Below are positions 52,116 through 62,989 of a stretch of 62,989 nt of DNA, piece by piece (the first letter of the stretch is position 1; every line of letters starts with the position of its first letter). Both the position numbers and the translations under genes were made by a program. The stretch is from Nemertoderma westbladi (Eukaryota; Animalia; Xenacoelomorpha): the NCBI GenBank assembly GCA_032718475.1, contig JAUCBJ010007897.1, positions 1 to 62,989 of the forward strand, read 5' to 3'. Below the pieces are notes generated by a model, which was not told the origin of the DNA, did not search any database, and was given only the letters and a program-made list of their open reading frames with translations.

Positions 52116-52538
52116 GACGGAATGTTGGAATGCTTATTATTATGTTTCCCCCAGTGACCTGGGCACGCAATTTTCTTTATATAATATAATCACCTCCTCT
52201 CCTCTCAATTTCCCTTGGAAACCCCAATATTCCTGCAACCATTTTTAGCCAAATCAAACCATTATTATTGTAGTGTGGACCTTATTAATTGTTTTTTTAA
52301 ATTAGATACTTCTCTTCTTCGACTACTAGAACAATTAGTATAGCGACTCAAACTAATTCTAGAACTACGTTTACCTACTAAAAGCAAAAAAAAAGCAAAC
52401 AGTCGGCCAAAGCCGACTGTTTGTCCTCTTTCGATAGCTACTACCCGAGGGTAGGGGTGGGCGCTACTCCTATCCCAAGATTTGCTCCCAGTTATTTAAC
52501 TGGTACTAAAAAACCAATTAAATATGAATACAAATACA

Positions 52539-52569
<31 letters not shown>

Positions 52570-52779
52570 CTATATATAATCTATAATGATAAAATAGAAC
52601 AATAAAAACTCTGTCACTGGAACATTGCAATATTGTGTTCACTGGTGATTTGCGCATATTTAAAATTTAAACATCATAGTGTATAATTTATGTTATGCAT
52701 TTTTTGACCAATTTTTTTTAAGATCCATATTCTAATACAACAAACATATACAACAATTTTTTCAACGGTTCCCAACTTG

Positions 52780-52850
52780 GAGTAGTGGCTAAATTGCTTG
52801 AAGCAGTGGCATCTCACCAGGAGGACGTGGGTTCAATCCCCACAAGTGGG
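52780..52850 (+). mobile_element. tRNA-derived SINE head
   Basis: A-box-like TGGCTAAATTG and B box in GTGGGTTCAATCCCCAC, with tRNA-like spacing but no intact cloverleaf. Confidence 0.55.
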
Positions 52851-54270
52851 CCTACCGAGTGATATAATAATTCATTAACAATGATATAATACCGAGTATC
52901 GTTTCGACATGAATGCTTTGAATAGCCTATCAATCATAACCAAGGCGCATCCTTAAATGGTCGCTAATTTAGTATAAGCTTACTCTGGGTAGTAGAGTTC
53001 TGGAGGAGACCGCACTGGAAAAAAGTCGTGAGTCTACAAGTCTACTAGTGAGTCTTCTACAAGTCTCGAAGAAAACTATACTTTTTTATTCTACTTGCTT
53101 GAAGCATTATGCTAGTAATATTGCTAGTAATTATGAAGTGTTATTGTGAAGAATAGGCATGCATACACCAGGTCCTGGAATATAGTGCCATTATTCAGTT
53201 ACATGCCAACCACCCCGAGATATGTTAAGTTTTACAGTTTCTCCGAGATACAACTTTAGAAAAGCTACATGCGAAACCGTAGCAAGTTTGGTATTTATGC
53301 TGTACCATAGGATAATAAATTAAATTGTATGAATAAACTATAACATATGTTTTCTAAATTCACGATCAGAGCAATTTCTAAGATAAGCAGCATCATTATC
53401 AGAAAAAATGATATTATACAACATTTATAGAAAATCTGTAATTTTTACAAAAATAATTTTTTATAATTTCCTAATACATTTTATTTATAATGGTAAGATC
53501 CATTTGTTGATGTATTGTATTTATTGTTTTTTTGCAATATTACTATTTCACTCTAGTATATTATTATTTTGTTTTACAGTACTACCTCCTTTGCAATCGG
53601 AAGTTATGAACAAGATTGAAGTTCTGCTAGATGGCTTGTAAACCACAGGATGTTGTTACTAATATTATTTGAAGAAGATTTCTTTAAATAACATTACCAG
53701 AATAAATAAAACGCACACACCTATATTACAATCAAGTATTGATATTCTGACGCTGTTGTATCATTGTGATAGTGAAACAATAAATTACTTCGGAAAAATA
53801 AATTCAAAACATATATTTGTCATTTATTTGTTTATTATCTTTATATTTCTATATTTTCATGGTCAATCTCTGATATTTTAAATATAAAATTCAAATCATA
53901 CAAGCTCGATTGATACGATTGACTATTTATAGTGTTAATTTTAATGAATGTTAAATGAAGGCAATGAAATATAGACTATTATTTATTCATCAGTACGAAA
54001 AATAATTATGTTAAATACTAGTTTGTTACTATGAAATTGGTTATCCAATCATTTTATATTTGTGTTATTGTATTTCAGAGTTAGTATTTCTTGTTCTTTA
54101 TGAACACTTAGCAGCACAGTTGTCAATTCTTTATTTCAGTATGTGCAATGCAGTCCTACTTATGTATTGTATATGTAAAACATGTTGGGATTCGGTAATT
54201 ATATTAATGAAAGAATATTGTTAGCACGCATTATAATGTATTATTCCTTATCAATGCCTCACTGCTATAC

Positions 54271-55988
54271 ACCATGTCCCAGAATAATAGTGTCGTAATT
54301 CAGCGACACGCCCCCCCCCTCTAATTTTTCTACAAACCTTTCAATGAAATTGAATTTTGATGCATGAAATTTGAAACATAAATAGTTCCACTTCCCGACC
54401 ACTACTGACTGGGTGAGCCATAATTTTAATTTTTGCTTTCAATCATCTTTAGACACAAGCGTGTAAAAAAGTGTCCCGGCGATGTAGCACCAGTCCTGCC
54501 GCAGTGATTCTTCCACCTTATAGCTGTTTGTTGGTACCACTGGAAAGCTAGCCCTGCAAGGATTCTAAATATGTAACACAATTTGAATTTCTTTGAAAAA
54601 TAGCTGATATATGAGCGTTTAAATGTTGCATGGTTTTGCACCTGCGTGAGGCTATTTTATTATATTTAATAAATACATCAATTATTCTGGAACATTTTGT
54701 TAATGTATGAATAGCTATGTAATAGTATGATTAAAGATGGATTAAAAGGAGACTCTGGGTGGGGAGTACTGCTAGTCGATGCATAAAATGCATTTAACTC
54801 ACTCAACCGAGTCGCCACTCTGTGGAATGCTCGTTGCCTGTGGCCCTGCTGCTCCACATTCATATTCAACTGCTACATGGGGCACAGTATCCTAGTAATG
54901 AAGGGGACCGATGCTGTACTATTCAGTGAGGAGAGTGGAACTAACTAAGGCTGGATGGGTAATGCCCAAGGAATGCCCAAGGGTCAATATCGCGCAATAC
55001 AACGTGTGGCTGAACATAAAACAGGGAGTTGGGTGCAGTGGGGCCGGGCCACCTTTGATTTGAACCATGGTTTAAATTGCAAGAAAGGCGTACTTGTTAT
55101 CTAGTTCCACAATGACATGCGGGACACAGTCGGAGACCTTGCTGCTCTGGCATTTCGGTTTCGAAATGTCCTGTTGGTTCCAGTTGTTCGGGAGCAGCTG
55201 GAAGAAGGGTACATGGCGGGACTGCGGTGCGATGTGGTGATAAGGGGTGCTTTTAGTGTACAGATCCAGGCGTTGATCGAGATCAGGTCAACCAACCTTG
55301 ACGCAGGGTCCTATACTAATCGTGATCCCCATATCCGAGCTTGAAGCTGCAGAGGAGGAAAAGAAGCACCTGTATGCAGCTGCTGTTGCAGATCGTCGCG
55401 GTGACTTCTCCCCCTTTGTGGGCTCATGCGGTGGAGTGTTGGCCCCACAAGCTAACAAACATCTTCGCATCATCGCAACCAAACGACAGCACTCCTGGGG
55501 CAAACCATATAGGGCAGTTATGGGTTGGGTCCAAGCGAGATTACTGTCTGAGGGGATCACGTACCAGGTGGCATAATGGATTGGGAGGTTTACCATCAAT
55601 ATACTAAACAACTGCTCTAGAATAAAGATAACGAAAAACTAGGATTAATTGCCATGAATATTGCGAAGAATAACATTACAAGCACCATTGAGAATACATT
55701 ATAATGTGTACAATAATATTATTATATTATTACAGTTAGTTCGTAGTTTGTTATGAATATTGGATAAATTATGATTAAAGATGTAATGCATTGTTGCCCA
55801 GCTACGTATTTGGATAATCTTCATTTATTAAATAGAATAAAATAGCCCAGATGCAAAACCATGCAGCATTCTAACACATATTTTTCAATGAAATTCAGAT
55901 TGTGTTACATATTTGGAATCCTTGTATCATTCCATTGGTACCAACAAACAGCTATAAGGTAGAAGAATAACTGCGGTGGAACTGGTGC
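54271..55988. mobile_element. Long-TIR non-autonomous DNA element, right end truncated
   Basis: 54487-54644 is an imperfect reverse complement of 55848-55988. The left end starts TA|CACCATGTCCCAGAATAATAGTG, similar to another end at ~53166. Confidence 0.6.
54760..55570 (+). mobile_element. CRE-clade non-LTR retrotransposon remnant (RT start + restriction-like endonuclease), internally deleted
   Basis: LLVDA*NAFNSLNR..WP..FNCY..SEE.GT, then HGLNCKKG..HNDMRD, RCDVVIRG, AGSY, EEEKKHLY..GDFSPFV.SCGG and Y..VMGWVQARL. Confidence 0.8.
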
Positions 55989-56769
55989 AAGCAATACAAC
56001 AGACTAAGGTGAAACAGACTAAGCTTTTGTGTGTTTTGCAAAGAATCTTCTTATTTCATTATTGATATAATGAAATTATGTAAAATTATATTATCTTTTT
56101 TTACTTTTAATAGTTCTGTTTCTAAAAAATATATTATAATACGTCTCACTCCAGGCTTGTAAGTGAGAAGATACACGAACCTACAAAGGAAACGATTTAA
56201 CGAAAATTAAAAATAAAAACGGGGTGTCACCTCGTGTTAATATCTGATGCGCACTTTGTAAATTCTATTTAATTAAAAAAAAATCCATTTTCCATCTCAT
56301 ACACTGAGCTATTGGGAGCACTTAGTAGAGTAGGACATTCAACTCCTATGGGGTAAAGTTACCCCCCCCCCCCCCCCCCCCCCTCCAAGGGGGGGAGAAT
56401 ATTGAGGCAGCTAATAATTTCATAGGCCCCTCCTGGGACCAATAATACTGAGATATTTTCGTAATGGTAAACGTCCAAAGACGAGTAATCGGATAAACCG
56501 AACAACGTAATCATCTATTTAACAACGATATAGTGTAAGTGCAATATCCAGGTCAACCCATTATTATTAATGTGTAATGAGAAGTACTGATCATAAATGA
56601 TACAGTAATTGACTGAAGGTGCATGTTCCTTGTTATTATAAAGCTAAAACCTAATGTAGGTATTAGGTATAAAGCATACAATTACGGTCATTTCGTTACT
56701 AATTTGTTTGAAGCTGTGGTGCTGGTATTAAAGAAATATAGTATACTGATAGAGTATTAAAATGGTTCT

Positions 56770-56890
56770 AGGACAGTAGCTGCCCGAACAGTAGCGGCCC
56801 GGGCAGTAGCTGCCCGGACAGTAGCCGCCCGGACAGTAGCCCCCCGAGACAGTAGCCCCCCAAGACAGTAGACCCCGGACAGTAGCCCCC
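56770..56890. repeat. 15-17-bp minisatellite (GGACAGTAGCYGCCC)
   Basis: About 8 degenerate tandem copies. Confidence 0.85.
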
Positions 56891-57669
56891 ACACACAAAC
56901 TGAAGACTTTTAAAAGTATCTCAAAATAATTCCAAGCGCTAATACACTTAGTTTACTGTTTGGGTTTCTGTTTTCTGTGGTTTTGTTCGAGAAGACTGAC
57001 TTGAATATAGCTCGCATAAGACACGGTCCTTCAACGACTTGTTATTTATGGACTTCACTTCAATGTGTATTTAAAACACATTAATTTCAATTTTCTAGAT
57101 GTTATTAATGTCTTCCTTAGAATAAAAATAGTGTACTGTACGTAACAACATAGAAAAACCTCTGGGAAGAGGGAAAAATATGATTTATTAAGTGGTTGAA
57201 GGTGACTGTGAAGGGCAAGCCGGCAAGGGCTGCAGGATATTGGATGACAATGATAGGAGGTTTGAATTAAGGAATGTGGATGGGGATAATATGGAAATAA
57301 TTATACTGCATTTAAAATTAGTATCATGAGGGAGCGTATTTTTATAGTGCTGCCAACAAAGGCGTGAAAAATCAATTTAAGTTTAAGTAAAGTTAATTAA
57401 GGTTGATTTTTAAATTTTGCAACCTACTGCAGTACATACCAACCAGTAAGTTTTTTAACTTAGCTCGCTTCACTAATTTATAATTAAGCAATTGATAATG
57501 ATAATAATGGTATGAGAGTTTTTGGATGAGCTCTATTTTATTTAAAACGTTTCTCACGCATGGTGTTTAGTTAGTATATTCTTTCCATTAGTACTGATAA
57601 TGACAAAAACCAGGTGACATTTGGTCAGTAGATAACTATCGGACCCCTTCATCTACTACTGATGATTAC

Positions 57670-58000
57670 ACATTAGCCCCATTTCTCTTCATTATTGTGG
57701 TGGACTATGTGCTGCGGACATATCTCGATATTCACAGCGCTGATGGGGTGGAAATATCTCCACCTTCATGTAGCCATAGTTGTGGGTCCCCAGCAGATTA
57801 TTTAACTGATCTTGACTCTGCTGATGAAATTGATGATTTACTGACCGAGACATTTGAGGGAGCGCAGAATCTCTTATCTAACTTAGAGGAGGATGCATAT
57901 ACTGTTGGCCTCTGTGAATTGTACAACGACCAAAATTCATACAGTAAACATGGATTCAGATAGGCAGAAAATTGACTGTGATAACATTTGGATTGACTGG
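57670..58000 (+). mobile_element. Diverged RTE LINE fragment, resumes at ~61427 after the BEL insertion
   Basis: LAPFLFIIVVDYVLR..LTDLDSADE..GAQNLL..TVGL; DFCYL resumes right after the LTR end, and LLCGSPFWA follows near 61580. Confidence 0.75.
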
Positions 58001-58015
58001 ATTGACTGGTAAGTC

Positions 58016-59535
58016 ATGTCAAAGTCAGAAGAACCATGTGATAACACGACGGACAAACTCCTCAGCTACAGCTCAAGTTGGTACAAGACAAAGAAGTTAG
58101 TGGCGTACTGGAGAGCCTTCGGGGATTTCCTCAAGGGAGTCGGCAAAGACACCAAGAAGAAACCAAACATCGATCTGGAGGGAGCGGCCAAGGCCGTGAT
58201 TCGCTACGAACAGAGAAAGAACTACGGCGACGAAGTGGAACGCGTCGGTAAACAACAGCATCTCTGTCGGGACAGCGAGCTCATCACGCTGTCGCCACAA
58301 CTCAACGACGATGGGATCTTAGTAATGAACTCTAGAGTGCTAAATAACAACAGCCTCATTATTCCACCCAAACCCATCATCATCCCAAATAGATCGCCGA
58401 TAGTCCACCAGATCATTTGGGACTCCCACAAGTCGATATTGCACGGGGGCACCAACCGGACCCTCACGGAGATACGGAGGACCTTCTGGATCACACAGCT
58501 AAGGAAGAAGGTGAAGGCGGTAGTGGGGCTATGCCAGACCTGCCGACGGACGAGGAAGGAGCGGGCTGTACATGAGATGGCGCCATTACCGGCCAGCAGG
58601 GTGAGACAGCACGACCCGCCATTCACGCACTGCGGTGTAGATATGTTCGGGCCGATAAAGATCAGGGTGATGCGGCACATGGAGAAGCGCTATGGCATTA
58701 TCTTCGTATGTAACAACACGCGGGCGGTAGGAATAGAACTCGCCCAAGACGCAACCGCATCGGCATTCATCAATGCCCTAGAGAGGTTCAGAGACCGCAA
58801 AGGTGGGACGATCGCAGTAATATACTCCGATAATGGAACCAACTTTGTGGGGGCGGAGAACGAGCTGGCAGAGGCCTTGGACATCCTGGAAGGGGAGGAA
58901 GTCAGGGCAGCCATGAGAAGACGGCAGGTGAAGTGGGAGAGGAGGACGCCGTATGCTCCGCATACTTTAGGATGCGTCGAGAGACTCGTGGGTAGTTCCA
59001 AGCGTCTGATGACGAAGTTGATGAACACCCACATGGTGACAGAAGATGTACTAAGGACGGTACTAGCAAAGTGCGAGGGTATCATTAATAGCAGACCGCT
59101 ATACCCAGAAAATGATGACCCAGAATCATTAGATGTGCTGATACCCAGTAACTTTCTAATGGAGAGACCGGCGACCATCGGCATGCGGAGTGTAGACCCA
59201 GATGATATACACTCCCGACAGAGTTGAAAGTCGCTAAGGCGATAAGCGCGGAGTACTGGAAGAGGTGGGTCAAGGAATACCTACCCACACTTCATAGGAG
59301 GAGCAAGTGGAGAAATACCACTAGAGAGCTAAAGAAGGGTGATTTGGTGATCGTCACGGACGACACCATCATCAACAATCAGTGGAGGTTAGCGAGAGTC
59401 GTGTGCACTTACTCCGACGAGGACGGAATAGTCCGATCGGTGGAAGTGCGGATAGGGGGCAAGATAGGAGCGAAAGATAGGAAGACCTACAGGAGGGCTG
59501 TAGGGAAATGTTGCCTACTAGAAGGGGCACCATAG
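58016..59535 (+). pseudogene. BEL/Pao integrase with a single 1-bp frameshift at ~59225
   Basis: HHCC (DSH..LHGG..CQTC), MAPLP..RV, PFTHCGVDMFGP, YSDNGTNFVGA, VERLV, INSRPL, then YWKRWVKEYLPTL..W..GDLV..WRLARV..DGIVRSV in the next frame. Confidence 0.92.
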
Positions 59536-59693
59536 AAGTTTAGTCGTCCAAGAGTTGGACTGAGGGGGGTGGGATTGAGGGCGAGACGCCCTTCCCACAA
59601 AAAAAAAATAATAAAATAAATAAAATAATAGAAAGAAAGTTAAAGAGGAGAAAGTCAGAAAGTGAGTAATAGGTAGTATGTAGCACTAAGTAG

Positions 59694-60040
59694 TAGATAG
59701 AAAGTTAGCAGAAGTTAGTTGTAGTTAAAAGTTTGGAGTAGATAGAAAGTTAGCAGAAGTTAGTTGTAGTTAGAAAGTTAGAAATAGTTAGAAAGTTGAT
59801 AGAAGTTAGTACCGTGAGAGCTAGAAGTTAGAGATCAGGGAGTGTGGTATAGAGACATACCACAGGAGTAAGAGGGTACATAGTACCGGGAGAGGTAGAA
59901 GTTAGAGATCAGGGAGTGTGGTATAGAGACATACCACGGGAGTAAGAGGGTACATAGTACCGGGAGAGGTAGGAGTTAGAGATCAGGGAGTGTGGAATAG
60001 AGACATACCACGAGAGTAGTAGGAGGGTACATAGTACCGT
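59694..60040 (+). repeat. Tandem repeats in the BEL 3' UTR (74-bp unit x3, preceded by a short duplication)
   Basis: GAGATCAGGGAGTGTGG recurs at 59831, 59905 and 59979. Confidence 0.9.
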
Positions 60041-60940
60041 TAGAAAGTTAGTAGAGTTGGAGACTTAGTACCGTTCGAGAGTTAGTATAGTTTTAGAGAG
60101 TTTATAGAGTTAGTAGTAAGAGAGTTGCATGGTAAGTAGTAAGTAAGAAGTAAGTAGAGAGGTAGGTACAAATATAATAGCACAGAAAAGGGGCAAATGC
60201 GGACAAAAAAAAAATCAAAATTAAAAATTAAGAATATCAGGACCACCCCCGAACTACAGAAGAGCCTTCAAGGTGGCCTTCGGAGGTCTGGTAGACCACC
60301 CGGGGCTGGAGGATGAGTCGGTGTACTACAACAACCGGCATCTAGTAGACAGGGAGGTGGATACACCATATCAGAGGTGGGAGAAGTTGGAAGTTGTACC
60401 GTAGTCAAGCACAACCCTTTTCCAATTAGCTACTGGGACTGGGGATTAATTGACTAGGGTGACAGGACGGGACTTAGACGGCTCCCACTAACATGATGCG
60501 CACATGTGTGGGGCCCAATAAGTGTGTGAGGAATGAAAGTGAGAATGATAATCGGGGGGGGGGGGGGGAGAATGGAGAGGAGGTTTGACAGGATAAGGGA
60601 AAGTGAAAGGAGTGTGATTCGGGTGTGGGGAACGAGTAAGATAGAGTAGGGTGGAGTTGGAGTGGAGCTGAAGTGAACTTAGAGTGAGAGGAGTTTTTAA
60701 AATTGTGTGAGGAGTCCACAATTGTCTCGGACCGAGACGTCAGATATCTTGGTGCAACATAGGTTGCGGTTGCACCAAGAGGGGGTAGTAACATCATACC
60801 CACCGGGAGCGGCCTGGAAAGCCGACTCCAAGTAAGAGAACTCCACCACACACCCGATAATAGATCGGGTTCCAGCGGAATTGAAGCGCACTCGAAGGTG
60901 ATGCTATCTTCTCACCGGGAAGATAGCATGGGGGGGGGAG

Positions 60941-61426
60941 TGTGAGCGGATTCAATTCTGCTCACCACCCCATAAAGTTGGGAAGTGGCGTTTTAAGCAA
61001 TATTGGGGAGTACGAGGTTGATTACAATCAACCTCGTATCACCCCCAATAACGGGGACAACAAACCCCCAAAGGGCCACACAAAGGAGGTCAGAGGTTAA
61101 ACCTCCTGGAGAGGGAAAGTGACAGCAGCGGGGGGGGGGGGGGGGGGGGGCACTCCCACAGAGGTGGAGGCGAGAAGTGGGATAACAACCAATGGGAGAG
61201 GAGAGCATCCGCTAGGTACAGAGGCCAAGATACTGTAAGATTAGCCAATGTATATATTATATTGCATGCAGTGAAGTCAACTGTGCTATTATATCTCATT
61301 GCCGTATATCAATCAACCTGTAACAGCATATCAATATCAGAACAACAACAAACTATTATTTTCTTTCACAACGAGCGGCGACGCATAACGAAAACAAACC
61401 GGTCGGGATCCCCTGATCCCGTCACA
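60941..61426 (+). repeat. 3' LTR of the BEL/Pao element
   Basis: Starts TGTGAGCGGAT directly after the PPT and ends ATCCCGTCACA (9/11 inverted match); LINE sequence resumes immediately after. Confidence 0.8.
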
Positions 61427-62389
61427 GAATGACTTCTGCTACCTTACATCCCTTTCTATAGATCCTACCTTGGATTCTCTATCGGTCTGTCATTCACCAT
61501 CTATCTAGAATCTGGATGAGCTGTGATATATCATACTCTTCATAGTTATACATTTTCCATGGCAGTGAAGCCTATGCTGCTCTGTGGCAGCCCATTCTGG
61601 GCTCCAACTGAAGAAGAAACATCTCTCTGGATGTTACATATACCAGGATGGTGCGCAGGGTGCACAACGTTGTCTATGGGGTGTTATACAACTATGCACC
61701 ATAGCAATATAGTTGATGAAAGTAAAACAAATTGATTCTATTTCTATAATTTCTTATTTAAGATGCACCTGCAACACTGTTTGAAGTATTTACAAAAGAA
61801 GCTGATATAATTGGATGACTTATTGACTCTAACACGTGGAGTCATTGATTTAATGTGCTATAAATAACATTCGTGTGATTTTGTTTATACTATGATCTAT
61901 TTGTACTGAGAAAATAGTCTGGACGAGTGGCAAAATAGCTTCATAACTTGACTACATCAAGTATGTTATTCTGTAACGAACATTCACCAAAAGCGGAGGG
62001 CCGCAAGGACCTCATATATTTTAATGTTACACATTGAAATCATTTACTTTTGCATTTTTACTTTGTAATTTTATATATTTCCGGGTGTGCCAGGAAGTTT
62101 AAATACACTTTTTTTACCTTTTCAGACTGTGGTGGCTCAGTTGATGTGGTAGGTGTATATAGTTCAGTATAGTCATATCAATATGCCCTACCAAATCCTA
62201 CTCACTCAGTCCCTAAATAATATATTGAAACTGGATACAGCACACAATACTGCAGAAATAAAAGTCTGACAATACTGTAATCCTGGATTACAGAATCTGG
62301 GTAGATTATATGGCTAAATAAATAGATAAATTGGAGTTGAGCTGTTAATGCAATTAAATATGTAATATTATGGTTTTGTTCGGAAATGG

Positions 62390-62492
62390 AAAAAATGAGA
62401 AAGCGCGTCACCGGGGGTTGAACCAGCGCTATACGTACGTTTCAGCCTATCAGGCCTCATCAGTAGCGCTAACCAGTTCAGCCACTTGTCCC
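62390..62492 (-). ncRNA. tRNA-like Pol III unit containing a minimal hammerhead ribozyme (better-preserved copy)
   Basis: A box TGGCTGAACTGG; AGCGCTA-CTGATGA-GGCCTgatAGGCT-GAA-ACGTACGT-A-TAGCGCT; B box GGTTCAACCCC; T6 terminator. Confidence 0.75.
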
Positions 62493-62573
62493 TAACATTC
62501 ACTATCCCACCTAATCCACTTATATTGAACAGGCAGTCTTAAGTTGCATATCCTATCTCTAGCTCTATCTCTA

Positions 62574-62675
62574 GGGAGAAGTGGCTGAACTGGTTAGCGC
62601 TACTGATGAGGCCTGATGGCTGAAAGGTACATATAGTGCTGGTTCAACCCCCGGTGACGCGCTTTCTCATTTTTT
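62574..62675 (+). ncRNA. tRNA-like Pol III unit containing a minimal hammerhead ribozyme (stem III mutated)
   Basis: A box 62582-62593, CTGATGA 62603-62609, GAAA 62622-62625, B box 62641-62651, TTTTTT 62670-62675; stem III reads AGGTACAT. Confidence 0.65.
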
Positions 62676-62989
62676 CCATTTCTGAACAAAACCATAATAT
62701 TACATAAATAAATAGAAGTCATATTTGAGCAATGGTTGTTCTTCCAAAGATGAATAAATATCTCAATAAATAAATATCTAAATGATCTTAAAAACAAAAA
62801 TAATTCAGAAAATTGACAAATTCCTTTTCAGTATCTTTAGCAATTGCATGCAAAATTTAGTCATTTTGGCAATATCATATCGCAACCTTTTGTCCGTTTG
62901 ACCGTTTGACCAACTACTAGTATTTGTGTTGTTTTAATGAATACCAGTCGGTATAGGAGTTGTAACATCATGACGGTGACTCGTAAACG

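Larger units (their letters stand above)
49092..52128 (-). mobile_element. Penelope-like element (RT + GIY-YIG endonuclease) with direct pseudo-LTRs
   Basis: Minus-strand ORFs: LLSKGPQFA, IIVKKADKSGGFAIM, YGNPKMHK..PMRPISS, LDTVSMYT, YEQNDGLGMG, WFRFYDDG, LPFLDV, and GIY-YIG VYELACTLC..YIGET..RIHQH. Direct repeats at 49092-49212 and 52004-52128. Confidence 0.93.
58016..61426 (+). mobile_element. BEL/Pao LTR retrotransposon, 3' part (integrase, long 3' UTR, PPT, 3' LTR)
   Basis: Integrase ORFs, purine tract GGGGGGGGGAG ending at 60940, and LTR TGTGA..TCACA at 60941-61426. The 5' half is missing. Confidence 0.9.
62359..62706. repeat. Inverted repeat pair (arms 62359-62494 and 62572-62706, spacer ~77 bp)
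   Basis: The arms are near-exact reverse complements with a handful of substitutions. Confidence 0.95.

Noticed and set aside
52780-52850. Functional tRNA gene (also the 8930-9012 relic)
   Set aside because: Acceptor and anticodon stems do not pair convincingly; kept only as SINE-like heads.
53579-53641. Possible plus-strand terminal exon (LPPLQSEVMNKIEVLLDGL*)
   Set aside because: Has a good acceptor but no upstream partner exon or recognisable homology.
16981-57670. Other CTGATGA/CTGAAGA occurrences (e.g. ~16982, 32252, 41544, 43374, 57659) as hammerhead candidates
   Set aside because: They lack a paired stem II followed by GAAA and a closing stem I.
58097-59288. Antisense ORFs overlapping the BEL integrase (and similar ones over the RTE, Sola2 and Penelope ORFs)
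   Set aside because: Shadow ORFs of the real coding strand with no independent motifs.

Overview
AT-rich, intron-containing eukaryotic (most likely invertebrate animal) genomic DNA that is almost entirely transposable-element debris and tandem repeats. Only one host gene is clearly recognisable: a 4-exon SPAG7 (R3H-domain) orthologue at 7053-8732 (+), followed by a ~5.1 kb, highly homogeneous 45-bp satellite. The rest includes BEL/Pao and Gypsy LTR remnants, at least two RTE LINE families, a CRE-like LINE fragment, a near-complete Penelope-like element (RT + GIY-YIG) with a minimal hammerhead ribozyme in each pseudo-LTR, a Sola2-like DNA transposon inserted in an RTE, and hAT-like and piggyBac-like non-autonomous elements. 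The most unusual item is at 62359-62706: a divergent inverted pair of ~100-nt tRNA-like units (A box, B box, oligo-T terminator) in which a minimal type I hammerhead ribozyme sits between the A and B boxes. All calls come from reading the sequence; no database search or folding program was run, and family names rest on remembered motifs.
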